Shown here piece by piece: positions 10,212 to 20,376 of a stretch of DNA of 56,745 nucleotides (position 1 is the stretch's first letter; each line of letters starts with the position of its first letter). The notes beneath the pieces are model-generated. The model saw only the letters and a program-made list of their open reading frames with translations, was not told where the DNA came from and did not search any database. The translations under genes and the position numbers were made by a program. The stretch covers positions 1 through 56,745 of the forward strand of contig JARGGA010000001.1 of assembly GCA_029210805.1 (NCBI GenBank). The letters run 5' to 3'. The stretch is from Candidatus Thorarchaeota archaeon (GTDB lineage Archaea; Asgardarchaeota; Thorarchaeia; Thorarchaeales; Thorarchaeaceae).

Positions 10212-10727
10212 ATGACAAAGTGTGTTCTTCGGAATGGGACGACTGTAGAGATTAAACCATACGATGATTCATTTGCTGATTCTTTGGCAGGAAATCTCTT
10301 CCAAGGAGTAAGTGTTGAAACAATCATTCAACAACGAGCTGATTTACTTGCTTCAGGCCCTGAGGAAGTATACAGTGTTTGTGTCATTTTCAATTCAGAG
10401 GTAGTCGGAGTTTGCACTGGAGTAAGAAAACGTTGGTTTGGCGAGAGGCATAGGATAGAGATGGTTCAAGTTGTTGTAAAGGATGATTTTCATGGACAAG
10501 GAATTGCTCGGCTTATGATGACTGAAATTGCCAAGCACTTCAAGAAGTATGAAGTTGAGATTGTACAAATTAGTGCAGAATCTACGAATGCTATCGCAAT
10601 TGCCGCATATGAGAGGATAGGATTTGTAAGATATGGCATCCTTAAGAATGGCCTTAGACACGGTGGCACTTATTCTGATGAAATAATGATGTCGGTAAGA
10701 TGTTCGGATCTGATAAAAGAACAGTAA
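10212..10727 (+). CDS. GNAT-family N-acetyltransferase
   Basis: Acetyl-CoA motif A region VVVKDDFHGQGIARLMM, followed by AIAAYERIGF. Confidence 0.85.
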   Translation: MTKCVLRNGTTVEIKPYDDSFADSLAGNLFQGVSVETIIQQRADLLASGPEEVYSVCVIFNSEVVGVCTGVRKRWFGERHRIEMVQVVVKDDFHGQGIARLMMTEIAKHFKKYEVEIVQISAESTNAIAIAAYERIGFVRYGILKNGLRHGGTYSDEIMMSVRCSDLIKEQ

Positions 10728-10780
10728 CAGAACTATGCCAGATGCTAAGGCATTTTAACGATTGTTTCTTTGTTTGAACC

Positions 10781-11173
10781 ATGGTCGACATTCTACAAAA
10801 AGAGATGAATATGAGTTTCGAGGATGCAGTCAAGCGAGTCGAAGAAATCGTTGAAGAGGAGGGTTTCACCGTTCTTCTCACAAAAGGTATGCATGATATG
10901 TTCAAGAAGAAGTTGGATATCGACTACCCACGTACGACCTTCATACTTGCATGTTCAGCCACCTTGGCAAAGAAAGCTATGGATGCTTCAACAAACATGG
11001 CAATGGTCATGCCTTGCAGTTTCGTAGTATTTGAAGAAGGCGACAAAGTCATAGTGAAACATAGTTCGATTATGAAAATGGGAGTCGAGCTAGGTCTTGC
11101 TCCAGAAGATCTCATGCAACCGGTGATTAAAGAAACTGGCGAACGCGTTCACAAAGCTTGGGACAGGTTCTGA
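10781..11173 (+). CDS. DUF302-family protein
   Basis: 130 aa. The N-terminus (SFEDAVKRVEEIVEEEGFTVL) and the PCSFVVFEEGDKV strand pattern are typical of DUF302. Confidence 0.7.
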   Translation: MVDILQKEMNMSFEDAVKRVEEIVEEEGFTVLLTKGMHDMFKKKLDIDYPRTTFILACSATLAKKAMDASTNMAMVMPCSFVVFEEGDKVIVKHSSIMKMGVELGLAPEDLMQPVIKETGERVHKAWDRF

Positions 11174-11342
11174 TTCCCACTATCTCCTCTTTCTTTAACT
11201 AAGGTTTTAGAGGAGGAACACCACAAAGTAATTCCCGTATCGATGCAGCAAATCAGAACGTTTCATCGATGATGTTGAAAGTAGTACATTTTTTATAATG
11301 TGGTAGGTAACGCCCTACTATCTATGCAGATGGGGATATGAG

Positions 11343-12542
11343 GTGGAGTTACCTATAGAAAAACTTCGTTTGAACGATAGTGATGTTCTTGATTATTATC
11401 CAAGAAATCCTGACTATGTTCTTCTAAGAGTGTACAGACAGCTCTCGTCAACAGTCGAAATGATGAGAACACTAACGAGAGAAATAGCATACAGTGATTC
11501 AAAGCATCTCTACGGAGAAGCGAAAACAATCTTGGAGAAAGCAAAGGATGATGTCAAAAAATCTAAACAGAAAGGCAAACCTGATATCACACCCCTCATC
11601 AAGACTGAGCATGCAATACACGACCTCTTCTTAGCCTTACTCTCAAACATCGGATACATTCACGGCATCGAAGAACCAAAACGTATCTCTGATCATCGGG
11701 ACACCATTGGCACCCTTAATCAGGGATACAATGCCCTTGGTGCAATTATTCGAGAGAGGTTCTGTCCGTGGTATCCCTTTCAAGACCCTGAGTCTTTTGG
11801 TCACAAGAAGGGCAGCGATGATAGAAAGATTCCACTCATGGGCTATCAGGGGAGAAACACCGGAATTGTTCGTGCCACTCATATTTACCAAGTTTCAATG
11901 GACTTTCAGGATGTCATTCGCGATCATGAACGACTTCTCAACCTCTATTTGACAACCAATCAAGTGCCGCTGAAAGAGCGAAGACGATTCTTCACACTCT
12001 TTCTTCTACGTATGAAGCCACATATTGACTATATGTTCTGCGAGCGAGAGTGTGGGCTTCCAGGATTTGAGAAGAAAGCACGCACGATTCTGAAAGAGCT
12101 AAGGGACTTGAGCAAGGCGCTCTTCATCCAGAGAAACGGTATCGAACCTACGGTAACAGGTAGACAAGGGCGACCAATGACAATACCTGAAGCCAAGCAG
12201 TTCTTCAAAACCATTATTCGAAACTCTGGGAAGCGAATAATTGAGTTGGATGAAAAGGGGATCAAGAGATGCTTGGAGGAAGGTCATTTCACTGATGATG
12301 ATGCCACTCACCTGCATCAGCATATGGAAAGAATCGGTCGAATAAGAGGTTCACAAATACATGACCGGATAAAGCGGAAACTAGCAGTACCCGGTCGATT
12401 AAGAACTGCTATTTTTCAAGGTGATGAACTGACTGATGATCCCGAGTGGTTAGTGTGTTCCGAACTGCCTCTTGCAACACAATATGGTAAAGGGAAGGCG
12501 GACCTTGTAGTATTCAAGCGGAACACAGAAGTTTCTTGTTGA
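11343..12542 (+). CDS. Hypothetical protein (399 aa) whose C-terminus stops inside a PD-(D/E)XK-like strand pattern
   Basis: GTG start behind GGGGA. TATA-like TTTTATAA about 50 nt upstream. No recognisable family. Ends ...YGKGKADLVVFKRNTEVSC*. Confidence 0.55.
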   Translation: MELPIEKLRLNDSDVLDYYPRNPDYVLLRVYRQLSSTVEMMRTLTREIAYSDSKHLYGEAKTILEKAKDDVKKSKQKGKPDITPLIKTEHAIHDLFLALLSNIGYIHGIEEPKRISDHRDTIGTLNQGYNALGAIIRERFCPWYPFQDPESFGHKKGSDDRKIPLMGYQGRNTGIVRATHIYQVSMDFQDVIRDHERLLNLYLTTNQVPLKERRRFFTLFLLRMKPHIDYMFCERECGLPGFEKKARTILKELRDLSKALFIQRNGIEPTVTGRQGRPMTIPEAKQFFKTIIRNSGKRIIELDEKGIKRCLEEGHFTDDDATHLHQHMERIGRIRGSQIHDRIKRKLAVPGRLRTAIFQGDELTDDPEWLVCSELPLATQYGKGKADLVVFKRNTEVSC

Positions 12543-12603
12543 TGTTCACTCATCAAATTATGAGAAATAGGTTATTTAGAGGAGGTTATGTATATCTAAC
12601 AAT

Positions 12604-13374
12604 ATGCGCGATTCAGTATGGGTTCAGTGGGAAGATAATGCAGAAGCATTTGCAGACCTCATTGCGGATCAAGGAACACCACACAACAGAGAGATATTGA
12701 ATCCATGCGTTCAGAAACTCCTAGGAGATGTAAAAGGGAAGTATCTGCTCGATGCGGGATGTGGAGAGGGCTATCTATCTCGACACTACGCTCGTTTGGG
12801 AGCCAGAGTCATGGGATTGGATTTTTCCAATTCACTAATTGAGCTGGCACAAAGCAAGACTGCAGAAGAGGAGAATATCGAATACGTGGTGGGGAATATT
12901 TGTAACTTGGATAGCATTCCAGATGCTACCTTTGATTCAGTGTTATGCAATCTTGTTCTTCTCAATGTTTCCTGTCTTAATGATGCAATTACTGAGTTCT
13001 ACAGGATTCTCAAATCAAGTGGTACATTGGTATGCTCCATCGTTCATCCTGCATTCAATTTCTACGGACCAGGAACTTGGGAGATGGGCGAAAAGAATCC
13101 AGTAACGAATAGAAGAAGGGGACTCTATTTCAAGGTGGATAACTACCTCGACGAGAAAGAATTCGAAAGATATTGGAAAACCAGAGATGGGGAGAAATTT
13201 CCCCAGCCAATTACATTCTTTCATCGTAAAATCTCAACATATGTGAGTACTCTGACATCCGCAGGCTTTGTCATACGTGCAATCGAGGAGCCACTCCCCC
13301 CTCCAGAGAACGACTTTTTCATACGTGAACGACGTATACCATTTTTTATGGTATTCAAAGCGATAAAGGAATGA
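12604..13374 (+). CDS. Class I SAM-dependent methyltransferase (small-molecule type)
   Basis: Motif I LLDAGCGEGYLS, followed by GARVMGLDFS and LKSSGTLV. Confidence 0.85.
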   Translation: MRDSVWVQWEDNAEAFADLIADQGTPHNREILNPCVQKLLGDVKGKYLLDAGCGEGYLSRHYARLGARVMGLDFSNSLIELAQSKTAEEENIEYVVGNICNLDSIPDATFDSVLCNLVLLNVSCLNDAITEFYRILKSSGTLVCSIVHPAFNFYGPGTWEMGEKNPVTNRRRGLYFKVDNYLDEKEFERYWKTRDGEKFPQPITFFHRKISTYVSTLTSAGFVIRAIEEPLPPPENDFFIRERRIPFFMVFKAIKE

Positions 13375-13392
13375 TGACGGGAGAGAAAATAG

Positions 13393-13830
13393 ATGGCCGA
13401 GCCGCAGAAAGAATATCGTGTCAAAGTAACCTGGACCGGAGAAAAGTCAGGAAAGGTACAGGCAGAAGGACGAATTGAGATTTTGACAGGAATTCCACCT
13501 GACTCAGATGGAGTGCTGCAAAATTACACTCCGGAGGAACTCTTTGTGGCGGCAGGAACAGTATGCTTCATGAATTCATTTGTCTATTTCGCCAAAAAAA
13601 TGCATATCGAATTCAAGTCATTCGAAGTTGATTCTGTAGGAATGCTTGAACAAGTGGACAGAAGCTTCGAAGTTACTCAAATCAATTCAAAGGCCAAGCT
13701 TGTGATTGAGTCTGAGGATTTGAGAAAGAAATTCGAGAGGGCACTGGAACTTGGAGCAAAATACTGCTTTGTTTCAAACAGCATGAAGTGCCCAACTCAT
13801 CATGAGAATGAAATTATTGTTGAGTCATAA
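13393..13830 (+). CDS. OsmC/Ohr-family peroxiredoxin-like protein
   Basis: 145 aa with two conserved Cys contexts (AAGTVCFM; GAKYCFVSNS). Confidence 0.8.
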   Translation: MAEPQKEYRVKVTWTGEKSGKVQAEGRIEILTGIPPDSDGVLQNYTPEELFVAAGTVCFMNSFVYFAKKMHIEFKSFEVDSVGMLEQVDRSFEVTQINSKAKLVIESEDLRKKFERALELGAKYCFVSNSMKCPTHHENEIIVES

Positions 13831-13867
13831 ACCCAAACCCTTTTCCTATGCATGAGCCCAGATAGTT

Positions 13868-14314
13868 TTGGTGCTCAATATGAGTGATGAATCACACGAA
13901 TACTTTGTTAGAGTAGACTGGACACATGATCGTGTCGGGAATATGCTAGTCGAAGGAAAACCTCTCATTGAAGTGGCAACGCCGCCAGAATTCAGCGGCC
14001 CAGAGGGGGTAATATCGCCCGAAGATCTGTTTGTTGCCGCGGCAGCCTCTTGTTTCATGACCACATTTGTGACGTTTACACACAAACTCAGATTCGAGTA
14101 CAAGTCTTTCTCCTGTGTGGCCAAGGGTACGCTAGAAAGGGTTGAGAAAGGTTTTCAATTTACAAAGATGCATATCAAGGGAACAGTTGCAGTTGAGTCA
14201 GAAGAACTGAAGAAAAAGGCAGAGAGAGCTCTTGACTTGGCGGGTAAGTATTGCCTTGTTTCCAATAGCATGAAATGCACTACCGAACATGAGAACGAAG
14301 TTTTGGTAGTCTAG
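13868..14314 (+). CDS. OsmC/Ohr-family protein (tandem paralog)
   Basis: 148 aa with the same Cys contexts (AAASCFM; GKYCLVSNS). Clearly alignable to the upstream copy. Confidence 0.8.
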   Translation: MVLNMSDESHEYFVRVDWTHDRVGNMLVEGKPLIEVATPPEFSGPEGVISPEDLFVAAAASCFMTTFVTFTHKLRFEYKSFSCVAKGTLERVEKGFQFTKMHIKGTVAVESEELKKKAERALDLAGKYCLVSNSMKCTTEHENEVLVV

Positions 14315-14343
14315 CTGAAAAAGAAAGAAACCAAGGAGTAAAG

Positions 14344-16845
14344 CTACTCCTTGGACTCAGGTTCTGGGGCACGAACATGAATTACCTCTTCTGATTCGGG
14401 AAGAGTTACTTCAATCATATTCTCACCTTTAGGCACACCAAAGTGAAGCTTCTCAATACCATGCATTGCTTCAAGATCCTTGGCCCATGGCTTCAGGTCC
14501 ACTGACACATATGCTTCAGGTAGACCAGTACGAAGAGAAAGATCATTCTCACGCTTGAACTTCCAGAAACCACTATTTGTTCGTAGTAAAAGATCTGTGT
14601 GTTCTACCAACGTTGATGTCCAACTCTTGTTGGTTGAAGGATAAGGTTCCGTATGAATACCCTCGGGATTGTAGAGCTGCCTGTGGATGCTGTCTGTCAC
14701 AAAGGGTGTTATTGGAGCCATTGTACGTAGCAATGTTTCCAGAGCCGTATGCAGGATATACCAAGCTGATTCTTGCTCGGTATCATTGAAAGTACCCTCT
14801 GAATTGAAAGCACGTCCTTTGAACATTTCCAGAACATGATCTGCGAAGATATTCCAGGTAAAACTGCGAATTTCTACGGCAGGTTTATGGAAATCAAGTG
14901 TATCACACGCGGATACAATCCGTTCAATGAGTTGGTTCAACTCTGCCAATACCCATTTGTCGACTTTGGTCAATTTCTTCAGATCGAAGTCTTTTGGATA
15001 TGGAAACATAGAGATGAACCGTGCTACATTCCATATCTTTGTCATGTACTTGGATACTCCCTGGAGACGGTCTTCAGAGAAACGAATATCACTGCCAAGT
15101 CCAGCCTCAAGTGCACCAAAGAAACGTAAAGCATCAGCACCATACTTGTTCAATATTGGACCAGGGTCTGGTGAGTTTCCCAAGGATTTGCTCATCTTAG
15201 CACCGTTCTCATCCATTACCATCCCTGAAACCCAAATCTCAACGAATGCAGGTTGTTTCGTCAATTGAAAAGTCCTAAGAAGCGAGTAGTAAAGCCATGT
15301 ACGTACAATATCCTTCCCCTGTGGTCTCATTACTGTTCCAAAAGCCTTCTTGAAGAGTTTCTCATCACGCATGAACCCGATAATCTGAAGTCCACTGATC
15401 GATGAATCCATCCATGTATCAAAGGTACGCTCTTCTCCTTTGAAGCCCTCCTCGGCGCCACATTCTGGGCACTTTGTGAATGGTGGATCTTCTCTCCAGG
15501 GCTGATAGTATCTTAGCTCCTTTGTATCAGGTACTACAGGTTTGTTGCAGGAGTTGCAGTACCATAGAGGAAGTTCGGTTCCATAATAACGACGCCTACT
15601 GATTGGCCAGTCTACTGTTACTCGATTGATCCAATCAATGAGAATCTGTCTGTTGTGGTCAGGGAAGAAGACAGTTTCCTTTGCTATCTTCATAAGTTCA
15701 TCAAGAAAATCTACCTGTTTGAGATAGTACTCATCCATAGCTAAAAACTCAATGGGAGTTTTACTCCTCCAACAGAGAGGTACACGCTGTATGGAATCTT
15801 CTTTATTGTAGAGATGACCTTGTTCTTCAAGCTCTTTTGTAATGGCTTTCTTAGCCTCTGCTATCTTCATGCCAACATATTTGCCTGCAGCCTCGGTCAT
15901 CGTTCCATCAGGAGATATTGCTTGAATTGGAGAAAGGGCATGATCGCGGAATGCCATCACGTCGCCCATATCACCATAGCTACAGACCATGAGTGCACCG
16001 GTCCCAAACTCCATCTGAGCAGTGTTGCTCTCTATTATAGGAACCTCAAGACCAAATAGAGGTACTTTGGCTTTCTTTCCACCATATCCTTTGTAACGTT
16101 CATCATCAGGATGAATGAATATGGCTCCACAAGCACAGAGCAGTTCTGGTCGTGATGTTGCAATCTTGATTGGATCCATCCCCTCTACCTGAAAATGTAG
16201 AAAATTCAAGGTAGCTGATCGCTCTGAGTATTCTACCTCAGCATCCGCAATTGTAGTCCCGCATTCAAAGCACCAATTATTGGGACGGTAATCACTGTAT
16301 ACCAGACCTTTGTTCCAGAGTTCGATAAAGGTGGCTTGCGTTACCGCCCTGTATCTTGGACTGTCAGTCTGGTAACTTCCTTCACTTTCATAGGTATTGA
16401 AACCAATCCCAAGTCGCTGGAACCACTTCATCATCACTTCCTGGTACCCATCAAGTGTTTCCTTGCATTTGTCTACAAACACATCACGGGGTGTAGTATG
16501 CATATCCAGTCCGAATTCTTTCTCAACTCGGAGCTCTACCGGAAGGCCATTTCTGTCAATGCCCATTGGGAAGTTTACTTCTCTTCCTTGCATCATTCTG
16601 TATCTTGCTATCATGTCAATCTGGGTGTAGTGAATAAGCTGACCCAAATGTGCGTAACCTGATAGGTAGGGAGGTGGAGTATCAACTGAATAGATCTCTT
16701 TTCCAGAGTTGGGGTTAAACGTATAGACCCATTTCTTCTTCCATTGCTCAAGAAGTTCTTCTTCAGCTAGTGGTTTCCATCTCTTGGACTCGATTGTGGG
16801 TTTGAATGACTTAGCCAAAATTTTCCTTCTCCTTGATGTCACCAA
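14344..16845 (-). CDS. valS: Valine--tRNA ligase (class I aaRS; Val assigned from size and motifs)
   Basis: HIGH-type GYAHLGQ, KMSKS, FDTWMDSS, a CP1 editing-domain-sized insert and a Zn-like CxxC...CPEC. 833 aa fits ValRS better than LeuRS or IleRS. The true start may be TTG at 16818, behind AGGAGA. Confidence 0.75.
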   Translation of the reverse strand: MVTSRRRKILAKSFKPTIESKRWKPLAEEELLEQWKKKWVYTFNPNSGKEIYSVDTPPPYLSGYAHLGQLIHYTQIDMIARYRMMQGREVNFPMGIDRNGLPVELRVEKEFGLDMHTTPRDVFVDKCKETLDGYQEVMMKWFQRLGIGFNTYESEGSYQTDSPRYRAVTQATFIELWNKGLVYSDYRPNNWCFECGTTIADAEVEYSERSATLNFLHFQVEGMDPIKIATSRPELLCACGAIFIHPDDERYKGYGGKKAKVPLFGLEVPIIESNTAQMEFGTGALMVCSYGDMGDVMAFRDHALSPIQAISPDGTMTEAAGKYVGMKIAEAKKAITKELEEQGHLYNKEDSIQRVPLCWRSKTPIEFLAMDEYYLKQVDFLDELMKIAKETVFFPDHNRQILIDWINRVTVDWPISRRRYYGTELPLWYCNSCNKPVVPDTKELRYYQPWREDPPFTKCPECGAEEGFKGEERTFDTWMDSSISGLQIIGFMRDEKLFKKAFGTVMRPQGKDIVRTWLYYSLLRTFQLTKQPAFVEIWVSGMVMDENGAKMSKSLGNSPDPGPILNKYGADALRFFGALEAGLGSDIRFSEDRLQGVSKYMTKIWNVARFISMFPYPKDFDLKKLTKVDKWVLAELNQLIERIVSACDTLDFHKPAVEIRSFTWNIFADHVLEMFKGRAFNSEGTFNDTEQESAWYILHTALETLLRTMAPITPFVTDSIHRQLYNPEGIHTEPYPSTNKSWTSTLVEHTDLLLRTNSGFWKFKRENDLSLRTGLPEAYVSVDLKPWAKDLEAMHGIEKLHFGVPKGENMIEVTLPESEEVIHVRAPEPESKE

Positions 16846-16981
16846 GGTGCGGACAAGTGTCTGCTCTCTAAGGCGAACAATTCACCTTTCCTAAAAGGCT
16901 TATGGACAAGTAAGATTAGCCATGAAAAGAAGTGATGAGCGAGTCACATTTGACTCGCCCGTAGATTTGATATTTGTTGAT

Positions 16982-17839
16982 TTATCCCCAGTATCTCTTA
17001 GCAATCAATACACCGATAACAACACCAACGACCAAGATACCGCTACCCAGAACCGCGGTTGATACAATGTCGTTGTTCAGGGCAATACCTGCGCCTCTTG
17101 TATATCTCTCAGCGGTGATTTCATTGGTAACATGGTCCTCATTTTGCATAGCAATTGTCTGAGTGAGTTCCCATGTTGAAAGAACTCCATCGTCATCATA
17201 TGATGCACTGAATGCAATTGTACACGTACCTGTCAGATTCCCGTAGTGTTCATTGTCCTGTTCTACATTGACAACAATGGAGAAGGAGAACGAACCTACA
17301 TCATCACTTCGCGATGATGTAATTGGATTGCTGACTGTTGGGTTTGCATTGGCATCAGTCACACCTTCATTCCAATCACTTGCATGTGTTGTCCAAGTTG
17401 GGTTCACAAAGAACATGTGTCCGGGAGTATGTTCCGAGTATGCAGGATAGACATCGATGTTATAGGCTTCTGCTACATCATCTTCATCATCATCGGTAGT
17501 ATCCAAATCAAATGCAACTGTATAGTCCTCAAAATGAACAGAATCATTCTGTTGATCAACAAACGGACCAACATGAGGGTGATAATTCATCCCGTCAAAC
17601 GTATATTCATAATATCGACTTGGAGTGACGTTGTAGACTAAAATAGAGAAAGTTCCGGATTCAGTCGATTGACGGATCACCTGATTGTCTACGGAATATT
17701 CGTAATCATTCCATGTTGCTGAGAAAGTGTAAGTATTTCCAACCACAGCAGCATTTACTGGAAATGGCACGATTGCCAGAAGGATTGCGAATACTAACAC
17801 AGGAACAATGATTTTTCTTTTTGTTGGCATGCTTTTCAC
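16982..17839 (-). CDS. Secreted protein with C-terminal TM anchor, unknown function
   Basis: Signal peptide MKSMPTKRKIIVPVLVFAILLAIVPFPVNA, an acidic stretch DTTDDDEDD, and a C-terminal TM plus basic tail (ILVVGVVIGVLIAKRYWG). Confidence 0.6.
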   Translation of the reverse strand: MKSMPTKRKIIVPVLVFAILLAIVPFPVNAAVVGNTYTFSATWNDYEYSVDNQVIRQSTESGTFSILVYNVTPSRYYEYTFDGMNYHPHVGPFVDQQNDSVHFEDYTVAFDLDTTDDDEDDVAEAYNIDVYPAYSEHTPGHMFFVNPTWTTHASDWNEGVTDANANPTVSNPITSSRSDDVGSFSFSIVVNVEQDNEHYGNLTGTCTIAFSASYDDDGVLSTWELTQTIAMQNEDHVTNEITAERYTRGAGIALNNDIVSTAVLGSGILVVGVVIGVLIAKRYWG

Positions 17840-18302
17840 CCTAACTCATCACTGTAAGAGCAAGACCTTATTGAAAATCAGGTAAACTTGTAGATTTCAA
17901 GCTTTTCCTTGGTTTTGCAGTAATAACCTCCTACGTTTGCAGGGCACGAAAATGAAATAAAGCCGAATGATGATGTGAAAGATAGGTTCGGGTCAAACGA
18001 GAGGTTCGTATTTCTCTGGAATTCGTTACCGTTAATCTGATAAATTACTCGTCCGAGCGCCCTATTTCTCAATCGTTGTTGATGAATAGTCCTAATCGTA
18101 GTAATCATCCTCGATTTCCGGTGCCAGATATCCCCACCCATTCTCCTTCGGGTAGAACATCCACCAGTTGAGGGACTTGGGTTCGATTCGCACCTTCACA
18201 CCGCACTCCTTGTTTGCACACATGCCCGTTCCCTTGGGCCATGGAGTGCCGCAAACCGCAAGAATGAAAACACTTAATTCATAGTATTAACGATTGTTTA
18301 CT

Positions 18303-19283
18303 ATGTCTGCTCGAAAACTCGGAAAATCGGGACTGAAAGTATCAAGATACATACTTGGGAGTATGAACTTTGGTTGGCTTGTGAATGAAGAAAACAGCAT
18401 GAAGATTCTGGATGCAGCTATTGAAGCAGGCATAACAACAATTGATACCGCTGATATCTATAGTAAATGGGGGGACGGATCATATCCAGGAAAATCTGAG
18501 GAAATTATCGGTAAATGGTTGAAGGACAGGGGCGTACGGGATGACATAGTTCTTGCAACAAAGGTAAGAGGGAATATGAGTGACAAGCCTAATGATGTAG
18601 GTCTCTCTCGAAAGCATATACTTGAAGGAGCAAAGAGAAGCCTTGTTCGATTAAATACCGAGTATATTGACCTGTATTGGAATCATTGGCCGGATTATGA
18701 CACGCCGCAGGAAGAAACGCTTAGGGCATATACGAAATTGGTTGACGATGGAGCGGTCCATTATATAGGAGCATCCAATCACACTGCAGCAGAGCTAATG
18801 GAATCACTATGGGTCAGTGATAGGAATGGACTGGTCAGATACGATGCAATACAGCCACCATACAGTCTTGCAAGACGCAGGGATTATGAGAAACTTTTGC
18901 AACCTGTCGTAGAAAAGTATGGTTTCGGGGTCACAAGCTATAGTCCACTAGGAGGAGGTTTCTTGACCGGAAAATACTCTGAAGAGAAGATGCCTGATTC
19001 AAAACGAGCTGAAACCACAAAGACACGATATTTCAAAGAGAGGAACTTCCGAATTGTTGAAACCTTGAACGAAGTTGCGCAAGCCAATGGCGTCAGCATT
19101 CCGCAACTAGCTCTAGCATGGGTCCTCACAAGGGAAACTATCACAGCACCCATTATTGGAGTAAATAGTGTTGAACAACTCAATGAGAATATTGAGGCAC
19201 TTGAAATCAACATTCCAGAAACTGACTTGAATCGATTGAATGAAGTTTCGGACTGGACAGAGATGGATATGCTTGCAAGATAG
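18303..19283 (+). CDS. Aldo/keto reductase
   Basis: MSARKLGKSGLKVSRYILGSMNFG, ITTIDTADIYS, IDLYWNHWPD, GASNH. The track ORF starts at an upstream TTG (18294). Confidence 0.9.
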   Translation: MSARKLGKSGLKVSRYILGSMNFGWLVNEENSMKILDAAIEAGITTIDTADIYSKWGDGSYPGKSEEIIGKWLKDRGVRDDIVLATKVRGNMSDKPNDVGLSRKHILEGAKRSLVRLNTEYIDLYWNHWPDYDTPQEETLRAYTKLVDDGAVHYIGASNHTAAELMESLWVSDRNGLVRYDAIQPPYSLARRRDYEKLLQPVVEKYGFGVTSYSPLGGGFLTGKYSEEKMPDSKRAETTKTRYFKERNFRIVETLNEVAQANGVSIPQLALAWVLTRETITAPIIGVNSVEQLNENIEALEINIPETDLNRLNEVSDWTEMDMLAR

Positions 19284-19375
19284 ATGTCGAAAAATCGAAC
19301 GGTTGGTCTATTCAAGAAAGCGTTATTAATCTCATTCGGGTGATATTCTCAAACACACCCAAGTGGGTACGCGTC

Positions 19376-20065
19376 ATGCGGGCAGTACTAAAGCTCGGAG
19401 GGTCACTCCTATACAACGAGGCGGGCGAGGTTATCACTGACAGAGTAAGAGATTACGCTGCAGCGATAAATGCGCTTGTTGAGAAAGGCAACAATTTCGT
19501 AGTTGTTGTAGGAGGAGGAAGACCTGCAAGAAGCTTCATTTCTGCTGCAAGGGCGCTAGGAGCCAATGAAGCACAATGTGATTGGCTTGGCATTAAACTC
19601 GCACGCCATAATGCCGAGTTACTCTGTGCTGCTCTTGGGGACACTGCATATCCAAAAATTGCAGAAACGTTGGACGAACTTGAGGTTGCCACCTGTACGG
19701 GAAGAGTTGTGTTGATGGGAGGGCTTACTCCAGGACAATCAACAAATGCTGTTGCGGCACTTGCTGCCGAAACAACTCGTGCAGACCTCTTGCTCAATGC
19801 AACTAATGTGGATGGAGTCTATGATAGAGACCCTAGCGAAGCAGGGGCAAAGAAACTTGACAGTGTCGAGATATCCGAATTGAAGAAAATTCTCTCAGGT
19901 GGGGGAACCCGAGCTGGTGAGTACAAGCTTTTCGATCCGGTTGCTCTACGCGTAGTGGAAAGGTCAAAAATCAAGACAATCATCTTCGACGGAAAAGACT
20001 CGAAAAACCTACATCGGCTTGTTAAAGGCGAAAAAGTAGGAACCACAGTCACACATAGTAATTGA
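19376..20065 (+). CDS. pyrH: Uridylate (UMP) kinase, archaeal type
   Basis: LKLGGSLL, VVVGGG, GLTPGQSTNAVAA, TNVDGVYDRDP. ATG at 19376 is preferred over the upstream GTG (19340). Confidence 0.85.
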   Translation: MRAVLKLGGSLLYNEAGEVITDRVRDYAAAINALVEKGNNFVVVVGGGRPARSFISAARALGANEAQCDWLGIKLARHNAELLCAALGDTAYPKIAETLDELEVATCTGRVVLMGGLTPGQSTNAVAALAAETTRADLLLNATNVDGVYDRDPSEAGAKKLDSVEISELKKILSGGGTRAGEYKLFDPVALRVVERSKIKTIIFDGKDSKNLHRLVKGEKVGTTVTHSN

Positions 20066-20088
20066 GGGTAGATGGAGGCATCTGAAGA

Positions 20089-20370
20089 ATGGAAAAACTG
20101 CTAGAGAAAATCTTTGCATCACGTGCACAGACCCGAGTTGTACAACACTTCCTAGACCGACCCAAAGAATACCTCAACTTAAGTAGAATTGCAAATGAAA
20201 CAGGACTAGCACATTCGACAATCCACCGTGTCATGCAGCCTCTTGTTGACATGGGGCTAATCAAAGAAATCAAAGCAGGCCAACAGATTCGTCTCTTTAT
20301 TTTGGAAATTGAGGATGAGAAATCCAAGATCCTTGCAGAGTTCTATGCCAAGATCAAACCAATGCTCTAA
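20089..20370 (+). CDS. Small winged-helix transcriptional regulator
   Basis: 93 aa with RVVQHFLDRPKEYLNLSRIANETGLAHSTIHRVMQPLVDMGLI. Confidence 0.65.
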   Translation: MEKLLEKIFASRAQTRVVQHFLDRPKEYLNLSRIANETGLAHSTIHRVMQPLVDMGLIKEIKAGQQIRLFILEIEDEKSKILAEFYAKIKPML

Positions 20371-20376
20371 ATTAGA

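Noticed and set aside
12540-12542. TGA after ...EVSC read as selenocysteine (C-U-C context)
   Set aside because: The downstream frame closes again after 6 codons. No SECIS-like structure is evident, and no selenoprotein family is recognisable.
18179-18189. T-loop-like GGGTTCGATTC suggesting a tRNA or tRNA pseudogene in the 17840-18293 gap
   Set aside because: The flanks do not form a T stem, acceptor stem or anticodon arm on either strand.
17878-18260. 87-aa minus-strand ORF (17878..18141) and an overlapping 43-codon frame (MCANKECGVKVRIEPKSLNWWMFYPKENGWGYLAPEIEDDYYD) that might be one frameshifted small gene
   Set aside because: There is no recognisable family, no clear promoter or ribosome-binding site, and the two frames cannot be joined convincingly. 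Left unannotated.
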